DNA from: Bdellovibrionales bacterium
Lineage (GTDB): Bacteria; Bdellovibrionota; Bdellovibrionia; Bdellovibrionales; UBA1609
Direction of reading: 5' to 3'
Assembly (NCBI GenBank): GCA_965205945.1
Contig: CBDBIB010000005.1
Location: 1 to 41,378 of the forward strand
Length of the DNA: 41,378 nucleotides
Part shown: piece after piece, positions 20,218-30,504 of the stretch
Layout: each line of letters begins with the position of its first letter
How positions within the stretch are numbered: position 1 is the stretch's first letter
The notes under the pieces: generated by a model
The model's input: only the letters and a program-made list of their open reading frames with translations
The model's database searches: none
Told to the model about the DNA's origin: nothing
Program-made: the position numbers and the translations under genes

Positions 20218-20640
20218 TTATATTGATCCACCATTTTTTTCAAAGTCTAATAAAAACTTTTTAGTCTTAGCTCCTCCATACCCTGAATAATTTCCCAAAC
20301 CTCCTGAAAGCTGTACTACTCTATGACAAGGTATAAATAAAACTACTTTATTTTTGGCCATGGCCGTACCTACAGCTCGACTAGCATTTTTATACCCCGC
20401 CTTTAAACCTAACTCTTTATATGTAATTGTTTTGCCTAAAGCAACTTTGATAAGTTTTGCATATACTTTTTCTTGAAACTTAGACAAAAACTCAACTTTT
20501 TTAAAATCAAATTCGAATTCACCAGGAACATAGTTTGGGTAGTGGCTTTTTTTAATAAAACTTGCCTCTTTAATCCACCTATTTAAATCTATTTTTAATT
20601 CTAACCCTAAATTAAAAAATGATCTTTTTACTATTTCCAT
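20218..20640 (-). CDS. ogt: Methylated-DNA--protein-cysteine methyltransferase
   Basis: ASRAVGTAMAKN and the IPCHRVV active site. Confidence 0.9.
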   Translation of the reverse strand: MEIVKRSFFNLGLELKIDLNRWIKEASFIKKSHYPNYVPGEFEFDFKKVEFLSKFQEKVYAKLIKVALGKTITYKELGLKAGYKNASRAVGTAMAKNKVVLFIPCHRVVQLSGGLGNYSGYGGAKTKKFLLDFEKNGGSI

Positions 20641-21069
20641 AAAAGATCCTTTTATATTAAAAAAAGTTCATTATCCGTTAAAAACGGCTCTTACCAAGTA
20701 TATACTATACAAACCTATAGCTTACACTATTTTATATACAAGTAAAAAACATCGTCAACGTAAGTAATTATTTTGGGCCTATGTAAGAGAACCTAAGTAT
20801 TTTTCCAAAACTAAATCCTATTTTTAAACAAATAAAAAAAGAAGAAACACTCTATCTTTTGCTACATAATAAATTTTTAAACTAAATAGATGCAAAGATT
20901 TAAGCTTAAGTTATCTTGCATTCATTTCCATAATAAACCAAAGATGTATAATACACTTGCAAAGTCTATAAGCCTCTAATAAATTAAAATTCTGTGCATA
21001 TTCCACAATTCTACTGACTCCTTAAAATCTAAGTAGACACAATACAATATCTTCTGTAGTAATTTAATT

Positions 21070-22017
21070 ATGTCAAAAATCAAAATTATCACAGGAAATT
21101 CAAACCCTGACTTTGCAAAAGCAGTTGCTAAAGCCGCAAAACTTAAGCTTGGAGACTGCATGATTAGCCACTTTGCCGACGGAGAAAGCCAAGTTGAGAT
21201 ACACGAAAGTATGAGGGGATGTGATATTTTTGTCCTACAAAGCACATGCCCCCCAGTAAATGAAAGCTATATGGAGCTTTTTATTATACTTGATGCCTTA
21301 AAAAGAGCTTCAGCAAAATCCATTACAGCTGTAATTCCATATTATGGCTATGCAAGGCAAGACCGAAAAGTTCGTCCAAGGGTTCCTATTTCAGCAAAAT
21401 GTGTTTCTGACCTTCTTCAAACTGCTGGAGCTGATCGAATTCTATCTATAGACCTTCATTCAACTCAAATTCAAGGTTTTGTAAATTGTCCTTTTGACCA
21501 TTTATATGCCATTCCAACTTTAGCTAATAAGTTTAAAGAAACTCACGGCTCAGGCGATGATTTTGTAGTTCTAAGCCCAGATGCTGGAGGGGTTGAACGG
21601 GCTCGAGCTTTTGCTAAAAGATTAGGCTGCTCCATTGCTATTGTAGATAAACGACGTTTAGGGCCTAATGAAACCAAGGCTTATAATTTAATTGGCAGTG
21701 TAGATGGCAAAAAAGCCATAGTTGTTGACGATATCGTTGATACAGCAGGCACTTTAGCTGAAGGTTGTGGCCTTATTAAAGCCCATGGGGCTAGAAATAT
21801 TTATGCCGTTATCACCCACCCCCTTCTTTCAGGGCCTGCTATATCTAGAATCAAAGAAAGTCATATTGAGGAGCTTTGGGTAACTGACACCATACCGTTA
21901 TCTAAGAAGGCAAAAGCTCTAACAAAGATTAAAGTAGCCTCTATAGCCCCTCTTGTTGCCGAAGCTATAAAAAGAATTCATGGAAATAATTCTGTAAGCA
22001 CACTCTTTGAAGGCTAA
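21070..22017 (+). CDS. prs: Ribose-phosphate pyrophosphokinase
   Basis: FADGE, PYYGYARQDRK, VVDDIVDTAGT. Confidence 0.97.
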   Translation: MSKIKIITGNSNPDFAKAVAKAAKLKLGDCMISHFADGESQVEIHESMRGCDIFVLQSTCPPVNESYMELFIILDALKRASAKSITAVIPYYGYARQDRKVRPRVPISAKCVSDLLQTAGADRILSIDLHSTQIQGFVNCPFDHLYAIPTLANKFKETHGSGDDFVVLSPDAGGVERARAFAKRLGCSIAIVDKRRLGPNETKAYNLIGSVDGKKAIVVDDIVDTAGTLAEGCGLIKAHGARNIYAVITHPLLSGPAISRIKESHIEELWVTDTIPLSKKAKALTKIKVASIAPLVAEAIKRIHGNNSVSTLFEG

Positions 22018-22087
22018 TCTTTTGACGATTATATAAAAAAAGTATACAAAAGTTATCTTTAAGTTAAAATAAATTCTAGAGGTATAT

Positions 22088-22735
22088 ATGAGCCAAAACA
22101 CTATTGAAGTAACAAATCGAATAGCAATGAGAACCACTAATATAAAGGGACGCAAAGAAGGGTTCGTTCCAGCAGTAGTTTATGGTCCCAAACAAGAATC
22201 TACTTCTCTTTTCATTAAAAATAAATTTTTTATTTTCAATGGAACAAGAAATGATGATAATACAATCTACACTTTAAAGGGCGTCTTAGATGGAACTAAA
22301 GTGATGATTAAAAAAATCGCTAAAAACCCACTTGGAAGCAAAATCAACCATGTTGATTTATATGCTCTTGATATGACTAAATCTGTAAAAGTTGAGGTTG
22401 AGTTAAATTTTCAAGGTGAACCTGAAGCTGTAAAAGAAGGTGGAGGGCTTTTACAAACACTTAGAAGAACTATTGAAATGGAGTGCCCTGCTTCAGCAAT
22501 TCCAAAATCAATCAATGTGGATATTTCTAGCTTAAAAATTGGTGACACTTTAAAAATGGGCGACATTACTGTTGATCCTAAATATACTGTTATTTCAGCT
22601 CCAGAATACGCTGTAATTTCTGTAACTGAGCCTAAAGCTGATGATGATGAAACTACTGAAACCGTTGAAGCATCTACTGCTGATGCCGACTCTAATACGG
22701 ACACTAGTACTAATACTGACACTAAACCTAAGTAA
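22088..22735 (+). CDS. rplY: 50S ribosomal protein L25/Ctc
   Basis: G-VPAVVYG, HVD, C-terminal TL5 domain and acidic tail; located between prs and pth. Confidence 0.93.
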   Translation: MSQNTIEVTNRIAMRTTNIKGRKEGFVPAVVYGPKQESTSLFIKNKFFIFNGTRNDDNTIYTLKGVLDGTKVMIKKIAKNPLGSKINHVDLYALDMTKSVKVEVELNFQGEPEAVKEGGGLLQTLRRTIEMECPASAIPKSINVDISSLKIGDTLKMGDITVDPKYTVISAPEYAVISVTEPKADDDETTETVEASTADADSNTDTSTNTDTKPK

Positions 22736-22745
22736 TATATTTAAA

Positions 22746-23306
22746 ATGAAATTTATTGCTGGACTTGGAAACCCTGGTCTAAAATACTTATTCACAAGAC
22801 ACAATATTGGCTTTATGGCCATAGATTATTTAGCCCAAGGATTAAGTTTTAAAAAAAAATGGGAAAGTCATTTTTACAAGACTTGTTTAGCTTCTAAAAG
22901 CGTTATATTGCAAAAACCTATGTCCTTTATGAACCTTTCAGGTGGCCCGGTTAAACAAGGTCTTTTATTTTTCAAATGCAATTTCCAAAAAGACTTACTG
23001 ATTATTCAAGATGATATTGCAATGCCTTTTGGAGCCATAAGACTTCAACAAAATCGCTCTGCAGGCGGTCACAATGGAATTAAAGATATCACTCAAAAAC
23101 TCGGCTCCCAAGACTATACTCGCCTTAAAGTTGGTGTCGGTATGCCTTTAAGTGACTCTGTAGATAAATATGTTTTAAGCGAGTTTTCAAAAAAAGAGCA
23201 AAAAGAAATACCGTTATTACTAAATGATATTAAAAAAACCTTAGAAAGCTTTATAAAGTATGGCCTGGATAAAGCCGCAAATTTACATAATCGAAAAGGT
23301 CTTTGA
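22746..23306 (+). CDS. pth: Peptidyl-tRNA hydrolase
   Basis: GLGNPG, TRHNIGF, FMNLSG, GGHNGIK. The start is most likely ATG 22746, not 22641. Confidence 0.96.
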   Translation: MKFIAGLGNPGLKYLFTRHNIGFMAIDYLAQGLSFKKKWESHFYKTCLASKSVILQKPMSFMNLSGGPVKQGLLFFKCNFQKDLLIIQDDIAMPFGAIRLQQNRSAGGHNGIKDITQKLGSQDYTRLKVGVGMPLSDSVDKYVLSEFSKKEQKEIPLLLNDIKKTLESFIKYGLDKAANLHNRKGL

Positions 23307-23330
23307 AAGCTTTAAAAAAGGATTTATTAA

Positions 23331-24428
23331 ATGGCGTTACAAGTCGGAATCATTGGTTTACCAAATGTTGGCAAAAGCACTCTTTTTAATGCTCTCTCAC
23401 CTGGTGGTGCAGAGACTGCAAATTATCCATTTTGCACCATTAATCCAAACGTTGGCATTGTTCAGGTTCCAGATGATAGAATAAAGAAAATAACAAAGCT
23501 TATCACACCGCAAAAGGTTGTTCCTACTGTTATGGAGTTTGTTGATATAGCAGGGCTTGTAGCTGGAGCGAGTAAAGGGGAGGGATTAGGAAATCAGTTT
23601 CTTTCAAATATTCGTGAAACAGATGCTATTGTTCATATAGTAAGGTGTTTTAATGACTCTAATATTGTCCATGTATCAGGAAGTGTTGACCCTATTAGAG
23701 ATATTCAGATCATTGATACAGAACTTGCTTTAGCAGATTTAGATTCTATTGAAAAAAAAATTAAAAAAGCAACTAAGCTTATAAAAACTATAAAAGATAA
23801 AGAAAAAAAATTTGAAATTAAAGTATTAACAAAAATCTTAAAATTTTTAGAAAAAGGTCTTCCTATTAGATCTCTAATTTTTGATGATGAAGAGTATCAA
23901 GTCATTAAACGGTATCAGCTTTTAACCTCCAAACCTGTTATCTTTTTATGCAATGTTGATGAAGACTCTATTATTCAAGGCAATAAATACTCTAAAAAAG
24001 TTTTTGATTTTGCAAAAACTCAAGGACAACAATCTTTAATACTTTGCAACTCTATTGAATCAGAGCTTGCACAACTTGCGCCTGAAGATAAAACTGAGTT
24101 TTTAAAAAGCCTAGGTTTAAAAAAACCTGGTTTAAATAGGCTGATTAATGAAGCTTATAGCCTTTTAGAATTAGAAACTTACTTTACGGCTGGTGTTAAA
24201 GAAGTTAGAGCTTGGACTATTACAAAAGGTACTAAGGCTCCACAAGCGGCGGGTAAAATCCATAGTGATTTTGAACGAGGCTTTATTCGGGCTGAAACTT
24301 TTCACTGCACGGATCTTTTTAATTTTGGAAGTGAACAAAAAATTAAAGAAGCTGGAAAACTAAGATCTGAAGGTAAAGAATATGTTGTTCAAGACGGTGA
24401 TGTTATGAATTTTAGATTTAATGTATAA
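23331..24428 (+). CDS. ychF: Redox-regulated ATPase YchF
   Basis: GLPNVGKSTLFNAL, ANYPFCTI, DIAGLV, EGKEYVVQDGDV. Confidence 0.98.
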   Translation: MALQVGIIGLPNVGKSTLFNALSPGGAETANYPFCTINPNVGIVQVPDDRIKKITKLITPQKVVPTVMEFVDIAGLVAGASKGEGLGNQFLSNIRETDAIVHIVRCFNDSNIVHVSGSVDPIRDIQIIDTELALADLDSIEKKIKKATKLIKTIKDKEKKFEIKVLTKILKFLEKGLPIRSLIFDDEEYQVIKRYQLLTSKPVIFLCNVDEDSIIQGNKYSKKVFDFAKTQGQQSLILCNSIESELAQLAPEDKTEFLKSLGLKKPGLNRLINEAYSLLELETYFTAGVKEVRAWTITKGTKAPQAAGKIHSDFERGFIRAETFHCTDLFNFGSEQKIKEAGKLRSEGKEYVVQDGDVMNFRFNV

Positions 24429-24681
24429 AAGTTGAGTCTGTAAATTATTTTGTGTAACTGCTTAATAATAAACTAGGATTAAGCATCCTTACCCAGAAGA
24501 GATTAGAAAAATATTTCACACAACAAATAAAATTGAATCTTTAAATTCAGTAGTAAAAAAAGCTATTTGAAATAGGAAAATCTTTACAAACAATTAGTCT
24601 ACGTTGAAAATCATTTATTTAGCTGTTATAAACGCTTTTAAGAAATGAACTATGCCCTTAAAAACTTAGAAACCTGCTATG

Positions 24682-24769
24682 ACTCAAACTCACCACTCCT
24701 TAACTTGGTGTAGGGGTAAAGGAGCGAATATCATTTCCGTCAGTGACTGTTATTTTAAATAAAGATTCT
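24682..24769 (-). pseudogene. Relic of a third copy of the Ig-repeat lipoprotein family
   Basis: 69/88 ungapped identity to 10899-10986 by manual alignment. Translates ESLFKITVTDGNDIRSFTPTPS*GVVSLS versus EALFRIRVADTNRIESFTPTPSSGVVSSS. Confidence 0.85.
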
Positions 24770-24989
24770 TAATTTTACCAAAGTTTGTTATTTTTTTTAA
24801 CCTCTAAGAGACGATTTTTTTTCTATCACTTTACTAATGCTTAGGAAAAATAAAATTTTAAAAAATACCTTTTATAAGACAAATTCGTAATTTTTTTACT
24901 AAAAACTCTTATCTTAAAATTAAATCTAGGTTTTACAATCCTAACTTAGTGTCTACTCTACCATAATGCTGGTGATGCTTAAATCTTAA

Positions 24990-25790
24990 CTATAAGTGTA
25001 CTAGACTTAAATCTATTATCTGATAGGCCCCATCCTCTAAAAGATGTATATTGCCCATATATCTATTATTCCAAGGGCTAGCCGGAAGAGTATAGATTTC
25101 CTTTCCTTGATCAATAGCATACTTTGCAGTTATCATTGTTCCACTTTTTTTCTTAGCTTGGACAATTAATATTTTATTAGACAAAGCTGACAGTAAATAA
25201 TTTCTAGGATGAAACAAGGATTTACAAACTTTTTGATTAGGATGAAATTGGGAAATAAATAAAAACCTTCCACCATCTAAGTATTTATTCACATTTTTTT
25301 TTAAACTTTCAGGATATATTTTAAACACCCCAACAGGGAGAACACACACACTTGAAATTTTCTGCTTAAAAGCCTCTTGATGAGCCACTTGATCTATACC
25401 AATAGCTCCCCCTGATACAATAACAACTTTTTTATTAAGTTTTTTAAATTCTTTTTTTAGCCAATGAACAGCTAACAGGTCAGGTTTTCTACTTCCAACA
25501 ACACCTAAGCATAAACTTTCTTTTAGTAAACTTAAATTCCCAGAAGCACAAAACACCCATGGAGAATATTCTAAATTTTTTAAATTTTTTGGATATAACT
25601 TATCAAGATATGTGCAAATCCAAATGTTTTCTTTAAAAAGTCTAGTTTTTAAAGATTTAATCTCATCTTCATGTTTTTTATACATATTATATAAATCATT
25701 ACAAATCTTTTTCTCTCTTAACATTCGAAAGATTAATGTATTAAAATGCTTATCTAAATAAAACCAGGATAGAAGTAAAATATTTCTCAT
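24990..25790 (-). CDS. dprA: DNA-processing protein DprA
   Basis: GVVGSRK, IVSGGAIGIDQVAH, RNYLLSALS, A-KKSGTMITA--A--QG. Confidence 0.9.
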   Translation of the reverse strand: MRNILLLSWFYLDKHFNTLIFRMLREKKICNDLYNMYKKHEDEIKSLKTRLFKENIWICTYLDKLYPKNLKNLEYSPWVFCASGNLSLLKESLCLGVVGSRKPDLLAVHWLKKEFKKLNKKVVIVSGGAIGIDQVAHQEAFKQKISSVCVLPVGVFKIYPESLKKNVNKYLDGGRFLFISQFHPNQKVCKSLFHPRNYLLSALSNKILIVQAKKKSGTMITAKYAIDQGKEIYTLPASPWNNRYMGNIHLLEDGAYQIIDLSLVHL

Positions 25791-25854
25791 TATTTACTTC
25801 ATGCAATATAATTTTAATACTTAGTTATACTTTAAATGACTTTTAATATCCGAA

Positions 25855-27105
25855 TTAATACTTAGCCACTCCAAGTCTACTTCCTGTAGACACCTCATCT
25901 GAAAGATTAAAGACCACTCCTGTTGAGTAGTGTTTATTTGTTTTTGCAATTTTAACATACCCTATATTTTTAGGAAAATACTTTAATCTAGTCGTCTTAA
26001 AAAAATTTGCTCCAAAATTTTGAAATACAGGGTATATTGCTCCCTCAAGAATACCCCCTTTACTTCCTCCATTAAAATAAACAATTCCCCCTTCTCCAAT
26101 AATATTTAAATCTTTAGATTTATTTGCTCCAATAATCTCAACTATACTATTTAAAGCTTCACTCTTAATTTTTTCAATTCTATTAGGAAGAGTTAAAGTC
26201 TGTATTTTCTCATTAGACAAAAAATCTCCCCTACTTATAAAATCATTAGCTTGAATAATCTTAGCAAGATACTCTTCTCCCTTATTATGGCTAAGAATCT
26301 TTACCGTTCCTAACCATTCAACTAAACTAGCCTTCATTTTTTTATTCTTTAAAGGTAACCCTTCTCTAGTATACCTAAAAACCGTAAACTCTTTTAAAGG
26401 TGCTACATCTAAATTTTTTCTATCAAGAGAGACTAAAACTAAAATACCTTTTTTTGCAAAAAGCCCCCCTCCTTGAATTCTTTTTATCTTTCCTAAGGAC
26501 AAAGGTTTTTCTAAAGCAACCTCACTAGTAATCATCACTTTTCTTTGTGCAAATTGAGCTTGTCTTTTTCTTGTACTAATCAATCCAAGTTTATTGTGTT
26601 CATTCTTTCTTAATCCATTAGGTTGAAAATAATTTGGAAATATTTTTTTAGAAATAGGCTCTATGTCTTTTAAAGGCTTTGGTGGAATCAATGGCTCTAA
26701 TAACCCTGAACCGTATGTATAATTTTGAGACTTTACACTATCTATTCCAAATAAAGGTGGTAAAAAAATAGTGCCCCCTCTAAAATAAATAATATTTCCC
26801 TTTTCAATAATATGTGGATTGGTAAGATTAGAATTTATTGACCAAATTTTAGGCCAAAAATTAGGATCACCAAAAAAAGTTTTACTAATACCATATAATG
26901 TATCGCCTTTTTGAACTCTATAAAATCGTTCCACATCAGCTCTCTCTAAAATAGAACTCCAACCCTCTATAGGTTTATTATTAAACTTTACATATGATTC
27001 CACATTAAAAGACACTGACATAAGGCTTATAAAAAAAAGTATTAAAAAGGCAGGGCAAATCTTACAAAAATTCTGCCACCCTATTATTAAAAATTTAAGA
27101 ATCAT
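25855..27105 (-). CDS. LysM peptidoglycan-binding domain protein
   Basis: YRVQKGDTLYGISKTFFGDPNFWPKIWSIN...NPHII; upstream of dprA; start uncertain. Confidence 0.85.
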   Translation of the reverse strand: MILKFLIIGWQNFCKICPAFLILFFISLMSVSFNVESYVKFNNKPIEGWSSILERADVERFYRVQKGDTLYGISKTFFGDPNFWPKIWSINSNLTNPHIIEKGNIIYFRGGTIFLPPLFGIDSVKSQNYTYGSGLLEPLIPPKPLKDIEPISKKIFPNYFQPNGLRKNEHNKLGLISTRKRQAQFAQRKVMITSEVALEKPLSLGKIKRIQGGGLFAKKGILVLVSLDRKNLDVAPLKEFTVFRYTREGLPLKNKKMKASLVEWLGTVKILSHNKGEEYLAKIIQANDFISRGDFLSNEKIQTLTLPNRIEKIKSEALNSIVEIIGANKSKDLNIIGEGGIVYFNGGSKGGILEGAIYPVFQNFGANFFKTTRLKYFPKNIGYVKIAKTNKHYSTGVVFNLSDEVSTGSRLGVAKY

Positions 27106-27113
27106 TCTAATAG

Positions 27114-27136
27114 TTTTCCACAATTTTTGTGGAAAA
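27114..27136. promoter_or_regulatory. Perfect inverted repeat; each arm matches the DnaA-box consensus
   Basis: TTTTCCACAA-TTT-TTGTGGAAAA; TTTTCCACA fits TTWTNCACA. Confidence 0.4.
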
Positions 27137-27271
27137 GATGCTGACTCCAGACTTCAACTAGACCTTGGTTGCTGCTTTCAGCCCAATGCGCATTTTTCGC
27201 CCATAGCCTAAGCTCATTCCGAATTACATTTGTAATTCATTTTAAATAAGCATTTAAGCCAACCAAATTTC

Positions 27272-28075
27272 TTGCACAAAAATCCTATGAACCTACATTA
27301 TCTTTGTTTAGCTTTTTTAAATCATGAAATAACCCAAGCTTTAACCTGTGGCAAAGCACTTAATTACAGCAGCTCAAAAGATCTTATCCTTATTTTTGGA
27401 GCTTTACATTTTTTTGTCATATCTGGAGCACATCTTAATTTTTTAAAAAGAATAATACGTTTTTTAAAGCTTCCTCGATTTTTAGAAATTATAAGTCTTA
27501 GTTTATTTGTAGTTATTTGTAACTTTTCAGCACCAGTTACAAGAAGTTTTCTTCAATATTTTTTAGAAAATCAAAAAAAACTCTATATTCCAAAAGAACT
27601 GTCTCCTTTATGCTCATATATCTTTTGCCTACCCATAGCCCTCTTATTTTTAAATAATTTAGTTTCTCTAAGTTTAAGTTTTCTTTTTGGATCCGTAATC
27701 TCTATTCTTCCCAGAAAATCAAGCTCCCATCTGTTAATGTATAGTATTGCTCTTCCTGTATTCCTTAGTACCCTTGGTTTACCTCATTACTCAAGCTTTC
27801 TTATTCTTCCTTTCATAAACCTTTTAATTTTTATTATGCTTCCATTATCACTGCTCTGTGTTCTTTCAAACACTATAGAAGCTGCAACTATTAAACTTTG
27901 GTGGTTACTTAAAAGCTCACTTAATTATATACATATTTTCTACAACTTTCCTGAAAAACCTCAGTCTAATTTTCATCTATTCACAAGTTTAAATCTTTTT
28001 ATTTACGGTTTTTTAATAATTTTACTTTCATACGTATCTGGAGTCTTTTGGAAAAGATCATCATATTCTCTTTAA
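27272..28075 (+). CDS. comEC: ComEC/Rec2-family competence membrane domain (short)
   Basis: HFFVISGAHL and SAPVTRS motifs, multiple hydrophobic helices; start uncertain. Confidence 0.75.
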   Translation: MHKNPMNLHYLCLAFLNHEITQALTCGKALNYSSSKDLILIFGALHFFVISGAHLNFLKRIIRFLKLPRFLEIISLSLFVVICNFSAPVTRSFLQYFLENQKKLYIPKELSPLCSYIFCLPIALLFLNNLVSLSLSFLFGSVISILPRKSSSHLLMYSIALPVFLSTLGLPHYSSFLILPFINLLIFIMLPLSLLCVLSNTIEAATIKLWWLLKSSLNYIHIFYNFPEKPQSNFHLFTSLNLFIYGFLIILLSYVSGVFWKRSSYSL

Positions 28076-28371
28076 TACTCTTAAGCTCAAGACATTTACA
28101 AAATTCCCTAGACTTAGGCGTTCAGGTTTATTTTTTTAGAAATCGTGTAATAATAAAAGAATATAAAAACTTACCTCCTTGTTTTTATAAACTCAACAAG
28201 AATATCTTTATATTTAAAAGCATCTACTGTTTTAAAAAAACTTCTTTAAAACAACGAATGTTCCTTTCTTTAATTTTTACTAGTTCTAAAAAGAAAAAAC
28301 CACCTTTATTAAAAGATGGTTTACAAATTTTTATTCCTATTCAAAAATGGGGAATTTTTTATTTTAACTAA
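28048..28371 (+). CDS. Hypothetical protein (possibly degenerate)
   Basis: Overlaps the comEC end; K/F/I/L-biased with no motif. Confidence 0.3.
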   Translation: MEKIIIFSLILLSSRHLQNSLDLGVQVYFFRNRVIIKEYKNLPPCFYKLNKNIFIFKSIYCFKKTSLKQRMFLSLIFTSSKKKKPPLLKDGLQIFIPIQKWGIFYFN

Positions 28372-28427
28372 ACTGTAGGAAAACTCTGTTCTAACTCGCC
28401 CTAAAGTCTAGATTTAAAACCACTTAT

Positions 28428-29540
28428 TTAAATAAGTTGATTAAGAGGTGTATACCTCATTCCTAAATCTTTAGCCACCAGTTCATAACAAACTTCACCA
28501 GCATAAACATTAACACCTGTTTTAAGAAGTGGGTCTTCACTTAAAGCCTCTTCTAGGCCAAGATTTGCAATTCTTGTAGCATAGTAAAGGGTTGAGTTTG
28601 TAAGTGCGTATGTAGATGTTCTAGAAACCACACCTGGCATATTAGGAACACAGTAGTGAATAACACCACTCACTTTAAAAATTGGCTCTATATGAGAGGT
28701 TAGTCTACATGTTTGAATACAACCACCTTGGTCTACGGCAACATCAACAATAACACTTCCCTTTAACATTCTTTCCACCATACTTTTAGTTACAAGTTTG
28801 GGAGCTTTTCTTCCTGGAATTAAAACAGCACCAATTACTAAATCTGACCTTAAAACAGACTCCTTAATATTTTTAATATTTGAATGAAGAGTTTTTACGC
28901 GTCCTTTAAAAATATCATCTAAATACTCAAGCCTATTAAGATTTAAATCTAAAATAGTAACTTCTGCTCCCAAACCAATTGCCATTTTTGCAGCATTTAT
29001 TCCAACAATCCCACCACCTATAATAACGACTTTACCTGGATGAACCCCAGAAACACCACCAAGCAAAATTCCCTTACCACCATGGTCTTTTTGTAAATAA
29101 TACGCGCCAACCTGTACTGCCATTCTTCCAGCAACAGCACTCATTGGCATAAGGAGCGGTAAACCTCCATTTTTATCTTGAATTGTTTCATAAGCAACAG
29201 CTTTAACCTTTTTCTCAACAAAAGCCTTTGTAAGCTCAGGCTCAGCTGCTAAGTGAAGGTAGGCATAAATAATTTGATTTTTTTTTAGTAAACCATATTC
29301 CTCTAAAAGGGGCTCTTTAACTTTAACAATCATATCTGCGGCTGCATAAACTTCAGCCTTTGTCTCCAAAATTTTAGCACCACTTTTAATATAATCCTCA
29401 TTAGTAATTTGAGATCCAAGACCTGCATCTTTTTCAATATAAACTGTATGACCATCTTTAACCAAATGTAGAACCCCAGCTTCAGTCATACCTACTCTAT
29501 TTTCACTAATTTTAATTTCTTTAGGAATTCCTACTACCAC
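28428..29540 (-). CDS. ald: Alanine dehydrogenase
   Basis: GIPKEIK--ENRV, IVKVKEP, GGGIVG, VDVAVDQGGC, HYCVPNMPG. Confidence 0.97.
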   Translation of the reverse strand: MVVGIPKEIKISENRVGMTEAGVLHLVKDGHTVYIEKDAGLGSQITNEDYIKSGAKILETKAEVYAAADMIVKVKEPLLEEYGLLKKNQIIYAYLHLAAEPELTKAFVEKKVKAVAYETIQDKNGGLPLLMPMSAVAGRMAVQVGAYYLQKDHGGKGILLGGVSGVHPGKVVIIGGGIVGINAAKMAIGLGAEVTILDLNLNRLEYLDDIFKGRVKTLHSNIKNIKESVLRSDLVIGAVLIPGRKAPKLVTKSMVERMLKGSVIVDVAVDQGGCIQTCRLTSHIEPIFKVSGVIHYCVPNMPGVVSRTSTYALTNSTLYYATRIANLGLEEALSEDPLLKTGVNVYAGEVCYELVAKDLGMRYTPLNQLI

Positions 29541-29589
29541 TCTTCACCTCATCCCTTAAAATGCTCTTATCTACGTTATACCTATAAAG

Positions 29590-30450
29590 TTAAAAAACTA
29601 AAGTCTGCTCAGTCCAAAGCTCAGCCTTCTTATTTAAGGTTTTTACTAACTTATTCATAAGACCATGCCCAGTTTTATTTAACTTTAAATGTCCTTTTAT
29701 AGGCCTCCCTAGTGTTGAAATATCACCTAAAGCATCCAAAATTTTATGGCGTATGAATTCATCTTTATAACGCAGTCCATTAATATTTAATACCTTCTCC
29801 TCATCCATAATCACAGCATTATCCAGTGAGCCACCAAGACCAAGACCTTTTGCTTTTAATACTTTAACATCCTTCATAAAACCAAAAGTCCTTGCTTTTG
29901 CGATTTCACTTTTAAAGGATCTTGGATTGATATCAATACTCATTTCCTGCATTCCAATTACGGGGTGAGCAAATTCAATTTTAGCATCAACCTTAAGGCC
30001 CATATAAGGCTCAATGGAAGCACTTTTATCCCCTTGAATAAACTCAATTTTTTCTTGCACAACAATATAATTTTTAGGAGTAGACTGTTCAAGTATTCCT
30101 CCTGCTGACTCAAAACCTTTTAAAAACTCTATTGCACTACCATCCATTATTGGAAACTCTGGACCATTCACTTCAAAAATCAAATTGTCTAATTCTAAAG
30201 CATTTGCAGCAGCTAAGCAGTGTTCAACTGTAGAAACCGTAAAGCCCTTTCCCCCTAAGGTTGTGGCCATTACTGTTGCATAAACTCTACTTGCAAGCAT
30301 GGGAACAAGCTCTGAGTCTAAATCTGTTCTTTTAAGCAAATACCCTGTATTTACAGGGGCAGGCAAAACACGAAGAATCACCTCTTCTCCGGTATGAACA
30401 CCAATACCTTTAAATTCTACTATCTTAAATAAGGTTTTTTGGTATCCCAT
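29590..30450 (-). CDS. lpxC: UDP-3-O-acyl-N-acetylglucosamine deacetylase
   Basis: GIGVHTG, TVEH, PIMDGSA, ARTFGF, RHKILDALGD. Confidence 0.97.
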   Translation of the reverse strand: MGYQKTLFKIVEFKGIGVHTGEEVILRVLPAPVNTGYLLKRTDLDSELVPMLASRVYATVMATTLGGKGFTVSTVEHCLAAANALELDNLIFEVNGPEFPIMDGSAIEFLKGFESAGGILEQSTPKNYIVVQEKIEFIQGDKSASIEPYMGLKVDAKIEFAHPVIGMQEMSIDINPRSFKSEIAKARTFGFMKDVKVLKAKGLGLGGSLDNAVIMDEEKVLNINGLRYKDEFIRHKILDALGDISTLGRPIKGHLKLNKTGHGLMNKLVKTLNKKAELWTEQTLVF

Positions 30451-30504
30451 GAGTCCAGAGTCATTATATTTGTTTTTAAGTCAAGAAAGTTGTTTAATAA
30501 GACT

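Noticed and set aside
20650..21069. tRNA-Gln often found upstream of prs
   Set aside because: No T-loop GTTCGA or cloverleaf visible.
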